From positions 10,681 to 74,680 of the forward strand of contig JAXMOL010000042.1 of NCBI GenBank assembly GCA_034669905.1: a stretch of 64,000 nt of DNA, in the 5' to 3' direction. The notes under the pieces were generated by a model, which did not search any database, was not told the DNA's origin, and was given only the letters and a program-made list of their open reading frames with translations. The DNA comes from Candidatus Hydrogenedentota bacterium. Its GTDB lineage: Bacteria > Hydrogenedentota > Hydrogenedentia > Hydrogenedentales > JAEUWI01. Made by a program: the position numbers and the translations under genes. Positions 43,719 to 54,700 of the stretch are shown in pieces; positions within the stretch are counted from its first letter, which is position 1; every line of letters begins with the position of its first letter.

Positions 43719-44102
43719 CTAGAAAATGTATTCGGGCTCAAGGACCGCATCGTAGTTCACGTCTTTATCCGTAAACGGAAAAGTCGCCATCTCGAATACG
43801 CCCGTGCTCGTGCGCATGACCGCACGGGCACCACCCAGAACGGGCACCACGCCAAGAAGGTAGGCCAGGGGCTTTCCTTCTTTATATTTCTTGTCAAAGG
43901 TCACGGGGATTTCTGCCCAGCCGAACATCACGTTCGACAGGCCCCGGCCCAATTTGGTGAGGGACTTTTCCAAACCCGTGGGTTTTGGGAGGTCCAATTC
44001 AGGATTGTACAACTGGGCCGATACCGGCGATACCTGTGCAAACAAGGCCGTAACCATCAGGACGGCAACTACAATTCGGAAAATTGGGTGTTTGGTAGCC
44101 AC
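43719..44102 (-). CDS. Exosortase-system-associated protein (TIGR04073-like)
   Basis: Signal peptide, then KLGRGLSNVMFGWAEIP..G..R...GVFEMATFP; GTG 44102 after GGAGG, downstream of a clear promoter. Confidence 0.8.
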   Translation of the reverse strand: MATKHPIFRIVVAVLMVTALFAQVSPVSAQLYNPELDLPKPTGLEKSLTKLGRGLSNVMFGWAEIPVTFDKKYKEGKPLAYLLGVVPVLGGARAVMRTSTGVFEMATFPFTDKDVNYDAVLEPEYIF

Positions 44103-44176
44103 AACGCTCCCTCCACGTCTATCGTTGGATGTGTCTGGTAAGACACACTTTCCCTGAATAACCATATCGTCTTCGG

Positions 44177-44205
44177 AGTGTAGCACAGCCCATACAACTT
44201 GTCAA
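44177..44205 (-). promoter_or_regulatory. sigma70-type promoter of the TIGR04073-like gene
   Basis: Minus strand TTGACA, 17-nt spacer, TACACT with an extended TGn element. Confidence 0.78.
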
Positions 44206-44405
44206 TTAACTACTTCACCCTAATTTTCCGGGATTTTCTCCCTTCGCGGTGGCCTGCTTGGTTGTCATTGTTTCAATTTCAAGCGGTGCGCTTCACCCTG
44301 CAACACCTGTTTCGGGAAGGGGGCTTCCCGGCGTTGGGGGGTGGGGCATTCTAAGAAGCCCTTGTTAAAGGAGTTAGGGTGGGTTGCTCCCGTGGGAAGT
44401 GGAAC

Positions 44406-44421
44406 TGGCACGGCGCTGGCA
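44406..44421 (+). promoter_or_regulatory. sigma54 (-24/-12) promoter of hsp20
   Basis: TGGCACGGCGCTGGCA with GG-N10-GC spacing, about 67 nt before the ATG. Confidence 0.65.
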
Positions 44422-44487
44422 TTGTAACAGGCAAGCCAACAAAAACAGCGCCGCCCACGGCGGCAGCAACATAAAGGAGATACTACC

Positions 44488-44940
44488 ATGAGCCTCTTAG
44501 TCCCCATCCGACGGAATACCCGAATTGCCTGGCCGACCTTCGGCGAACTGGAACAGCAACTGGACCGCATGCTCAGTAATACTACCGAGCACCCGGAACA
44601 AGTCCCCCTTGGCTGGTCCCCGGCCATCGACATCCGCGAAACCGAAGACGCCTATATCCTCGAAGCCGACCTGCCCGGTATGCGCAAAGAAGAAATTGAC
44701 CTCAAGGTGGTCGAAGACCGCGTGACCCTCTCGGGTACCCGTAAACGGAGTGCCGAGCACAAGGAAAATGGCTACCGGCGCTACGAACGGACCGAAGGTC
44801 GCTTCGAAAGGAGCTTCCGCCTTCGCGGTGGCATCGACGGCAGTAAGGTAGACGCCCACTTTGAACACGGCGTCCTCACTGTCACGCTGCCCAAGCCCGA
44901 GGAAGCGAAGCCCCGGCAAATCGAGGTGAAGGTCAACTAA
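44488..44940 (+). CDS. Hsp20/alpha-crystallin small heat-shock protein
   Basis: PAIDIRET, ADLPG, ERTEGRFERSF, GVLTVTLPK, IEV tail; AAAGGAG RBS. Confidence 0.96.
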   Translation: MSLLVPIRRNTRIAWPTFGELEQQLDRMLSNTTEHPEQVPLGWSPAIDIRETEDAYILEADLPGMRKEEIDLKVVEDRVTLSGTRKRSAEHKENGYRRYERTEGRFERSFRLRGGIDGSKVDAHFEHGVLTVTLPKPEEAKPRQIEVKVN

Positions 44941-44979
44941 GACCGGACGACAAATCCCACGATTCTTTCCCATGGTCAA

Positions 44980-45022
44980 CGGAGTCCCCGCCCAGCCTGT
45001 CGCTGCGGTGGGGGCTCTCGTT
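44980..45022. terminator. Hairpin between the convergent hsp20 and lipoprotein genes
   Basis: GGAGTCCCCGCC...GGTGGGGGCTCT imperfect stem. Confidence 0.45.
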
Positions 45023-45035
45023 TGCAGGGGTCCCG

Positions 45036-45890
45036 CTAAAAGGCGGGCTCCGGCGGGAAGAGCGCGTCGCGGTTGGCCAGCAACTCCTCGCAGGTATCCA
45101 GGTCGTCGGGGATGGGGATCAGTATCAACGGACTCAGCCCGAGATCGTCCCACTGGTCGGGATTGTTGGGCGTGTTCAAGATACCCAGCGATGCGCCGAC
45201 CACCAGTTGTTCGGAGCGATCCATCACCACACCGCGCAGGCTCCCGTCTGAATATAGCGTGACGTCATTCTCAAAGATCTCTCGTCGCGCCAGATAGATC
45301 TCGCCTTCCAGAAAGCCGAAGAGGTTTGCCATGACGGTGATGCCGGGCTTGCCGTCTCCATCGTCATCGTTGATGAGCGGACTGTTGGGGTCCATCGTCA
45401 GGGCTTCGTCGGGGTTGCCGTCGATGCCAATGAGCGTGGGGGTTGCCGGCCGTGCCAGTTTCCATTCCCCGTTTTCTTCAAAGACCGAAACCACGGCGCT
45501 CCGCGGCTGGATGGCCTGGGTGCCCGCATCCGGAACGGTCGTCACGAAAGGTTGATTGGCCTTGTGCTCCGCATGGCAGAAGCGGTCGTATTCCACCAAT
45601 TCACCGTCTTCAATGACCAGCTCGGTGAAGCCATAGGAGATCACAAAGGTCGAGAGGGGGCCATTGGGAGTTTCTCCATCATAGGCCACAACGTCATAGT
45701 GGGCGTAGCGGCCTGCCATGGCTTCCATCGCTTCTGCCTTTGTCGTGGGCGCCACCCAATCCGGGTCATTGACGGGGGAGGCATACAAGGGACTCGCCGG
45801 CCAGGGCTTGGGCTGAGAACAGCCCGCAACAAGGAACAAGGCAATGGCTCCACCAAGGACAGCGGTGCTCCGAGAAATCAACGTGGTCAT
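45036..45890 (-). CDS. Hypothetical lipoprotein
   Basis: Start ATG 45890; lipobox LVAGC; DDDGDGKPG DxDxDG-type motif. Confidence 0.8.
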   Translation of the reverse strand: MTTLISRSTAVLGGAIALFLVAGCSQPKPWPASPLYASPVNDPDWVAPTTKAEAMEAMAGRYAHYDVVAYDGETPNGPLSTFVISYGFTELVIEDGELVEYDRFCHAEHKANQPFVTTVPDAGTQAIQPRSAVVSVFEENGEWKLARPATPTLIGIDGNPDEALTMDPNSPLINDDDGDGKPGITVMANLFGFLEGEIYLARREIFENDVTLYSDGSLRGVVMDRSEQLVVGASLGILNTPNNPDQWDDLGLSPLILIPIPDDLDTCEELLANRDALFPPEPAF

Positions 45891-46102
45891 GATCAGTTTC
45901 CTTACTTCGCACCGACGCAGTCCCAACGACCAGGGCCGAATCCTTTGCTTGTAGTGTAACAGACCCGTGCGGACGGCCCGCCGACATAACATCCCTCCTG
46001 CGTTTGTAGTCGCGTCGGGTAGCTTGGCATACTCGCCCCAAGGGCATACTTCTATCATATAGACCCGTCCATCCATTACTTGGGTTCAGGAAAGGCAGCC
46101 TC

Positions 46103-47341
46103 ATGAAGCGAAGAGACTTTTTCAAAACGGGTGCGTTGTTATCTGGCGCGGGGTTGGCGACCACACCCGACAACGCCCACGCTGCGGAAGCCTTGCCCGC
46201 CACCCAATGGAAACCGGACCCGGATCTGGGCACGCACTGGGAGGTGTTCAACAAGATATCCGGCCAGTGCGATGCCCGCATGAGTTTCCTGAACGAAGGC
46301 TACACCGACCCCGAAGCCTGGGCCACCGAGGCGCGGGCCCACCTCGTGTCCTGTTTCCACTATACCGACACGACCCGAAACCTCGCCCCGAAGGTGATTG
46401 ACAAGGAATCGTGCGACGGGTTCACCCGGGAGCGCGTCGAAATCAGCACCACCGCTGGCCACCGCGCCGCCCTCTACCTCCTGGTGCCGGACAGGCTCGA
46501 TGGGCCGGCGCCTGCGATTGTCGCGTTGCACGACCACGGTGGCTATTACTTATGGGGCAAGGAGAAAATAACGCGGGTCGAGCCCGTGCACCCCGAGCTC
46601 CAAAAATTTAAAGACCGCTACTATAGCGGACGGGATATTGCCGACGAACTGGCCCGTCTGGGCTATGTGGTGGCCGTGCCCGACATGATGCACTGGGGTG
46701 AGCGCGCCATGTATTTCGACGCCGACCCCGAGCGTATCACCGCCCGCTCGTTGGAGGTGACGGCAGAGGACATCCAGCAATTTAACGCCCGCTCCTGGGC
46801 CCACGAGGAGCTCATCGGTCGGACGGCCCTGGCCACGGGCACCAGTTTTTCCAGTATCATTTCCTGGGACGATCAGTGCGCTGCCGATTATTTGTGCAGC
46901 CGTCCCGAGGTAGACGCCAACCGGGTTGGCTGCGTGGGTCTCAGCCTGGGTTCCGTGCGGAGTATCTTCCTGGGGGCCCTCCATCCCAAGGTGCGGGCTT
47001 CCGTAGCGGTGTGTTGGATGGCGGAATACCAGGCATTGATTCGTAATAACGTCCGCTGGGCAGTTGGGTTCACCAAGCTCGTACCCGGTCTTTACGGGGC
47101 GCTGGACTGGCCCGACCTGGCGGGCCTGCACCACCCCGGCGCGCTCATGTCCATCAACGGCCTGAAAGACGAACTCTATCCCCTGGAGTCCACGCAACGG
47201 GCCGTGGCGAAGATAGAGAAGATATTCGAAAAGATGGGCGCACCCGAGAACTATGAAGGCGTCTTTTTCGACGGGCCCCACGAGTTTAATGCGACGATGC
47301 AGGAAAAAGCCTTCGCGTGGTTGGCCTCCCAACTGGCGTGA
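46103..47341 (+). CDS. Alpha/beta hydrolase (dienelactone hydrolase/acetylxylan esterase-like) with Tat signal
   Basis: MKRRDFFK leader; LHDHGG, nucleophile GLSLG, GLKDELY, GPHEF. Confidence 0.88.
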   Translation: MKRRDFFKTGALLSGAGLATTPDNAHAAEALPATQWKPDPDLGTHWEVFNKISGQCDARMSFLNEGYTDPEAWATEARAHLVSCFHYTDTTRNLAPKVIDKESCDGFTRERVEISTTAGHRAALYLLVPDRLDGPAPAIVALHDHGGYYLWGKEKITRVEPVHPELQKFKDRYYSGRDIADELARLGYVVAVPDMMHWGERAMYFDADPERITARSLEVTAEDIQQFNARSWAHEELIGRTALATGTSFSSIISWDDQCAADYLCSRPEVDANRVGCVGLSLGSVRSIFLGALHPKVRASVAVCWMAEYQALIRNNVRWAVGFTKLVPGLYGALDWPDLAGLHHPGALMSINGLKDELYPLESTQRAVAKIEKIFEKMGAPENYEGVFFDGPHEFNATMQEKAFAWLASQLA

Positions 47342-47476
47342 CGGGCCCGGTGCCTGGAAAATCGGACGCCAGGTATGGACTTTTGCACGGTTTGGGGATA
47401 GAGTAAGCGAAGGAGAGTGTCGGTAAGAATCCGACATTCCATGGCCCCATGACAACGCCAACCGGGAGGTCTGCCT

Positions 47477-48358
47477 GTGCCCATTGCCCACCATCCCCTG
47501 TTGTTGGTCCTTCTTCTCGGCATGGTCATGCTGCCCCGCCCATCCCCCGCCGACGAATTGCCCCGACCACTTCCCGGAAAGACGATTAAGGTATTTCTCC
47601 TGGCCGGCCAGTCCAACATGGAGGGCCGGGCTGATGGTACGAAGCTCTCCGAAGACGACCAGGCGAGGCTCCGCGCCGCCCGGGAGCGCGTCTGGCTGGC
47701 CTTCAACGGACAACCCGTCCGGCCCCTGGCCGCCTACACGCCTTCCGAAGAACTGCAGGAGATCTATCAGCGGCCCCGCATGTTTGGTCCCGAGCTCTTC
47801 CTGGGGATGGCCCTTGCCGAGGCCTGGCCCGAGGAGCAAATCCTGCTCATCAAGCGGGCGGAAGGGGACACCTCGCTCCACGGACGGTGGAATCCCGAAT
47901 GGCATCGGGAAAAGGCCGCGCGCATGGGAGAGGCCGACGCACCGCCCCTCTACGATGAATTCATGGCCTATACCCGCCAGGTGCTCGGGGCTTATGCCGT
48001 AGACGACTACACCCTGGAGGCCATGTGCTGGGTCCAGGGTGAAAACGACAGCAAGGTCCCGGAAGCGGCGGAAGCCTACGGCGCCACGCTTCAAAATCTC
48101 ATCGAACGGGTCCGCGCCGACACTGGGCAAAAGGACCTGCCCTTCTTGTTCTTTCAGGTCGGTTCCACCGCCGTGGTCGCGGGTATGACGCAGGCCGCCG
48201 CCGACGTGCCCCACGTCACCATGATTCCCCAGCGCCCCGAACCCGATTCGCCGGACTACTACGCGACCATGCGCAATGGCCACTATAACCACGTGGGCAT
48301 GAAGAAACTGGGTCACCGCTTTGCGCAAGGTTTCCTGGCCGGGAAAGGGGAGCGGTAG
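47477..48358 (+). CDS. SASA/DUF303 (sialate O-acetylesterase/CE6-like) SGNH esterase, secreted
   Basis: Signal peptide; LAGQSNMEG, FGPEL, WVQGEND, C-terminal GHY. Confidence 0.85.
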   Translation: MPIAHHPLLLVLLLGMVMLPRPSPADELPRPLPGKTIKVFLLAGQSNMEGRADGTKLSEDDQARLRAARERVWLAFNGQPVRPLAAYTPSEELQEIYQRPRMFGPELFLGMALAEAWPEEQILLIKRAEGDTSLHGRWNPEWHREKAARMGEADAPPLYDEFMAYTRQVLGAYAVDDYTLEAMCWVQGENDSKVPEAAEAYGATLQNLIERVRADTGQKDLPFLFFQVGSTAVVAGMTQAAADVPHVTMIPQRPEPDSPDYYATMRNGHYNHVGMKKLGHRFAQGFLAGKGER

Positions 48359-48724
48359 TGCACTGTCTTGCGGGCCCATACCGTCACTGGTCTTCCCAAA
48401 AGGGTCGACATGCGGTGTGCCCGGCGCTCTCCCGCAGGGCGCAGCGGGACATAAGCAGCATCAGCAGCGTAATACCCGTCAGGAAGAGAGCGGCCAGCGG
48501 GCCATTCGACGGCACCGGCCAGGGCACACATCGGGTCCCGGGTAGTCCCCGTCTTTGCCAGGGGCCTTCTTCTCTCCAGGACTTTCGTCCGGGAGACGCA
48601 CAAATCCCAACAGATAGGAATGGATTCCGCCATAAATCCATAAGTATCGATACGTATTCGTGGATTGGGGTAAGGGATCGTGTACAATGCATAGGGTGGG
48701 GAGGTCTAAACTAGAGGATTAGAT

Positions 48725-51700
48725 TTGCAGAATCTTGTCGCTACGGTTTTTGTTGGTGCAAATCGACCGAATACCTATGTTCCTTTGAAGCAATTGTTCG
48801 CGGCTACAGGCCAACGCATTCGAAATACCCTATTGCGGGGGATTCCCGTTGGATTAGTAGTTTCCAGCGCACTCGCCCTTGCCGCAGTGTTTTCCACCTC
48901 CGCGTACGCAGCGCCTTCGGTGCTGTCCGTGGTGCGGACGGACGCCAATCCCACCAGTTCTTCACAAGCGCGCTTTACCGTTACGTTCAGTGAGAGCGTC
49001 ACGGGGATAGACACGTCCGATTTCACACCGGCCGTCGGCGGTGGGGTCTCGGGGGCAAGCATCGTCGGGTTTACGGGAGGGGGCAGCGTCTACACGGTAA
49101 CCGTCTTCACCGGCACGGGTGATGGTACCCTGCGGATGGATGTGGTCGATGACGATACGATTATCAACGGATCCAGTGAGCCCCTCGGGGGCACCGGTGC
49201 CGGGAATGGGGCATTCTCCAGCGGGGAAAGCTATACCATAGACAAGACCATACCGGCGGTAAGTTCGGTCGTCCGGACCTTTGCAACCCCGAACAACGGA
49301 GCTTCGGTGGATTTTACGGTGACCTTCAGCGAAAGCGTTACCGGTGTGGATACGGGAGATTTCACACTCACAAGCACGGTAACGGGTCCTTCTGTGAGCA
49401 CCGTTTCCGGTGCGGGCACGACCTATACGGTCAGTGTAGACACCGGTACAGGAGACGGTACGCTTCGCCTGAATGTGGTCGACAATGACTCCATTGCCGA
49501 TGGGGCGGACAACCGTCTGGGGGGCGCGGGGCCGGGCAACGGCGGGTACACATCGGGCGAGGTGTATACCATGGACAAGACGCCGCCCGGGGTAACATCC
49601 GCCTTGCGGGCGGACAGCAGCCCTACGAATGCAACGGGTGTCGGTTACACCGTGCTGTTCAGCGAGAGCGTTTCGGGTGTGGGCACGGGTGATTTCAGTG
49701 CCGTGGTGACCAGCGGCGTCGTAAGCGGAGCGTCTGTGTCGGGTGTCTCCGGTAGCGGCACGACCTATACGGTCAATCTCGACACGGGCTCGGGGGACGG
49801 TACCCTTCGGCTGGACCTGGTGGATGACGATACGATCGTGGATGCCGCAGGAAACCCACTGGGTGGCGCCGGAACCGTCAACGGGGACCATACGGGCGAT
49901 GAGGAATATGTCATCGACAAATCCGCCCCGGTTGTATCGTCCATTACGCGGTTGGATAGCACCCCCACGAGTGCGTCCAGCGTGGACTATATGGTGACCT
50001 TTAACGAGCCTGTAACCGGGGTCGACGTGGCCGATTTTCTGGCGACGGTCAGCAGTGGCAGTATTTCGGGTGCGTCCGTCTCGGGGATATCCGGGAGCGG
50101 CACGACCTATACGGTGTCCGTTGGGACCGGTACGGGGGACGGCACCCTGCGGCTGGACGTGTCGGACGATGACAGCATTAGCGATGCCGTGGGAAATCCC
50201 CTGGGTGGTTCTGGCGGGGGGAACGGAGACTTTACCGGTGGAGAAGCCTACGTTGTGGATCAGTCGCCGCCATCGGTGGCGTCAATTTCGCGTGCAGACA
50301 GTACCCCGTCCAACGCCGCGACGGTGGACTATACGGTGTCCTTTAATGAAGCGGTCTCGGGCGTGGATGCTGCCGATTTCAGTGTGACCGTGACCGGTGG
50401 CTCGATTGCGGGGGCCTCGGTATCTGGTGTTACCGGGAGCGGAGCGACCTATACGGTAACGGTCGGGACGGGCACGGGTGACGGGACCCTGCGCCTGGAT
50501 CTCGTGGACGACGACAGCGTCATGGACACTGCCGGGAATCTGCTGGGTGGCACGGGCGCGGGCAATGGGGACTACGCGGCCGGCGAGGCCTACAGTATGG
50601 ATAAGACCGCGCCCACGGTGACGGTGGAGCAGGCAGGGGGACAGGCCGATCCCACCAACACCCTCCCCATTGCCTTTGACGTGACCTTCAGTGAGGACGT
50701 GACCGGCTTTGCCATGGGGGACGTGACGATGGGCGGCACGGCCACTGGTGTGACCTTTAACGTGAGTGGCTCGGGCACGACCTACAGCATTCAGATCACG
50801 GCGATCACGGGCGATGGCACGGTGATTCCCACGATAGGGTCGGCCGTGGTCATCGACACCGCGTCTAATGCCAACGACGCCTCAACGAGTACGGACAACA
50901 CGGTCACCTACGATACGGCGGCGGCAGTCGTCTCTTCGATTCTGCGTGTGTCGGGTACGCCTACCAACGCCTCCACCGTGGACTACACCGTCACCTTCAG
51001 CGAAACCGTGACCGGCGTCGATGCAAGTGATTTCACGGCAACGGTGACGGGGGGAGCGATTTCCGGGGCCACGGTGTCGGGCGTTTCCGGGAGTGGCGCG
51101 ACCTACACGGTAAGTGTTGGGACCGGCACGGGCGACGGGACCTTGCGACTCGATGTGGTCGACGACGATACCATCGTGGATGTGTCGGGCAACCCACTGG
51201 GCGGTGTGGGGGGCGGTAATGGCAATTATTCGGGTGACGAGGAATATACGGTCGACAAGACGGCACCGACGGTGACCGTGGAACAGTCCGGTGGCCAGGC
51301 GGATCCCACCAACACGCTCCCCATAACCTTTGACGTGGTCTTCAGCGAGGGGGTCACGGGCTTTGATGCAAGCGACGTAGCGATAGGTGGTACGGCGGGG
51401 GGCGTCGTCGTGAACGTGAGCGGATCCGGCGCGAGTTATCTCCTGAGCGTGGTTAGCATCGCCAGCGATGGCACCGTGATTCCCACGATTTCCCCGGGGG
51501 GGACCGCGGACGGGGCCACCAACGCCAACGAAGGGTCCACGAGTGTCGACAACACGGTCACCTACGACGTGACACCGCCCCAGGTCGCATCGAGCACCCG
51601 GGTCGACAGCAACCCCACGATGGCGGCAAGCATCGATTTTCAGGTGACCTTCAGTGAAGCCGTGACCGGGGTGGATACGGGTGATTTCACGACGACGGTG

Positions 51701-54700
51701 ACCAGCGGCAGCATTTCCGGGGACGCCGTCTCGGCCGTTGTGGGAAGTGGCACAACCTATACCGTAACCGTCAACACCGGGACCGGCGATGGCACCTTGC
51801 GCCTGGATTTCCTGGACGATGACAGCGTCGCCGATGCCCAGGGAAACGTGCTGGGTGGTGCCGGTGCGGGAAATGGCGATTTCACGAGCGGTGAGGCCTA
51901 CACGGTGGACAAGAGTGCGCCCTCGGTGACCTCCGTCATTCGGGCAGATTCGAATCCGACCAACGCGACGACGGTGGATTTTTCGGTGGGCTTCGACGAA
52001 TCCGTGACAGGGCTGGACACCGGTGATTTTTCGGCGGTGGTGGCCAGTGGAAGCATTTCCGGTGCATCGGTTGTGGGCGTTTCCGGCAGCGGTGCCAGCT
52101 ATACGGTGAGCGTGTCCACGGGCTCGGGGGATGGTACGTTGCGCCTGGATCTCGTGGACGATGACAGCGTGGCAGATCTTGCGGGGAACCCCCTGGGCGG
52201 CGTGGGTGCGGGTAATGGAAACTACACGGGGGATGAGCCGTACACCGTCGACAAGACGGCGCCCACGGTCACGGCCATAACCCGCAGTGATGGGGATCCC
52301 GCCAATGCGGCCACGGTGGACTTCACGGTGACCTTTTCGGAAGACGTCGGTGTGGTAGACGCCGCGGATTTCACGACGTCCGGAACGGTGACCGGACCGT
52401 CCGTCGGTAGTGTTGCCGGGAGCGGCGCCACGCGCACCGTGACGGTAAACACCGGGAGCGGGAGCGGCACCCTTCGTCTCGATCTCACGGACGACGACAG
52501 CATCACCGACTCCGCTGGAAATGCCCTGGGTGGCGTGGGCTCGGGCAACGGGGACCACACCGGAGACGAGTCGTATACGATTGATAAGTCCGCGCCGACG
52601 GTGACGGTTGAGCAGGCGGGTGGCCAGGCCGATCCGACGAACACCCTGCCCATCGTTTTCGATGTGACTTTCAGTGAGAGCGTAACCGGTTTTGCGATGA
52701 ACGACGTCACCCTCGGCGGGACCGCGACGGGGGTCTCCTTCAACGTCAGCGGTTCCGGTGCCAGTTACGTCATTCAGATCACGTCCGTGTCGGGGGACGG
52801 CTCGCTGGTGCCGACCATCGCATCCGGCGTCGCGGTAGATGGGGCGAACAACGGAAACGACGCCTCGACCAGTACCGATAATTCCGTGGTGTACGACACG
52901 ACCCCGCCGCAGGTGGACACGGTGACGCGGGCCCTTGGCAATCCAACGAATGCGTCGAGCGTAGATTTTACCGTGACCTTCACCGAGCCGGTGACGGGCG
53001 TGGGCGTGGACGATTTCGCCGCAACGGTCACCGGGGGCGGAATCTCCGGCGTTTCGGTGACGGGCCTGTCTGGCAGTGGCGCGACGTATACCGTATCCGT
53101 TGATACGGGAACGGGCGACGGCACGATACGCCTGGATGTGACGGATGATGACAGTATCGCCGATGTAGCAGGCACCGTGCTGGGTGGCGTGGGTGCCGGC
53201 AACGGAGATTTCAGCAGCGGCCAGGTCTATACCATCGACCGAACGCCGCCGACGTTCACCGGGATTGTACGTGGCGACCCGGACCCGACCAATGGGGCAA
53301 CGGTTACGTTCAGCGTGACCTTCTCCGAGAACGTAACGGGCGTGGGCAACAACGACTTCACCCCCGTTGCCACGGTGGCAGGCCCATCGGTCAGTTCGGT
53401 GACTGGTGGCGGCTCCACGCGAACGGTAACCGTCAATACGGGTACTGGAGACGGTACCCTGCGTTTGGATGGGACCGACGATGACAGCATCACGGATTCT
53501 GCCGGCAACGTCCTGGCCGGTCCGGGGGCAGGCAATGGGGACTATACAGGGGATGAGAGCTATACCATTGATAAGACGGTCCCGACTGTCACGGTCGAGC
53601 AGGCCGGTGCGCAGGCCGACCCGGTGAATGCACTCCCCATCCTGTTTGATGTCCTTTTCAGTGAGGCGGTGACGGGCTTTGACGCGACGGACGTCACGAT
53701 GGGCGGTACCGCGACCGGCGTGACATTTAATGTGAGTGGGTCGGGTACCACCTTCAGCATCCAGATCACTGGGATAACGGGCGACGGGACGACGGTGCCT
53801 TCGATTGCGACCGGAAGCGCGACCGATGGGGCGAACAATGGGAACCAGGCCTCGACAAGTACGGACAACGCGGTTACCTACGACACAACCCCGCCACAGG
53901 TGTCTTCCATAACGCGTGCGGATACAAATCCCACGAATGCATCCAGCGTGGATTATACGGTGACGTTCAGCGAGCCGGTGACGGGCGTAACGTCCGGTGA
54001 CTTCGCGGCCACGGTGACCGGCGGGAGCATTTCCGGCGCGTTCATATCCGGCCTTACGGGGACCGGTACCACCTATACGGTAAGCGTGACCACGGGTACG
54101 GGCGACGGTACCCTGCGGCTGGACCTGGCAGACGATGACAGCATTGTCGACGTGGTGGGTAATACCCTGGGAGGAGCCGGGGCGGGGAATGGCGATTACG
54201 TCGCCGGCGAAGCCTACACCATCGATAAGACGGCCCCCGCGGTATCGTCCATCGTGCGCGCCGGGGCCAACCCCACGAATGCCGCTACCGCCGCCTTCCT
54301 GGTGACATTCTCGGAGAGTGTAAGCGCCGTGAACAGTGCGGACTTCACGTTCACCACCACCGTGACTGCACCGAGCGTCACGGGCGTCACGGGAAGTGGC
54401 ACGGCATGGACCGTGACGGCTAATACGGGTACGGGTGACGGCTCACTTCGTCTGGATCTCAGTGACGACGACAGCATCGTCGACACGGCGGGGAATCTGC
54501 TGGGTGGTACCGGCGCGGGCAATGGGGATTTTACGGGGGGGGAGGCGTACACGATTGATAAAACGCAACCGACGGTTACCGTGGAGCAGGCGGGTGGACA
54601 GGCGGACCCGGCGAACGCGTTTCCGGTTGTGTACGACGTCGTATTCAGTGAGCCGGTGACCGGATTTCTTGTGACCGACGTAAGCATGGGGGGTACCGCA

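Noticed and set aside
48777..48788. ATG at 48777 as the start of the giant protein
   Set aside because: Wrong frame; it stops after three codons (ATG TTC CTT TGA).
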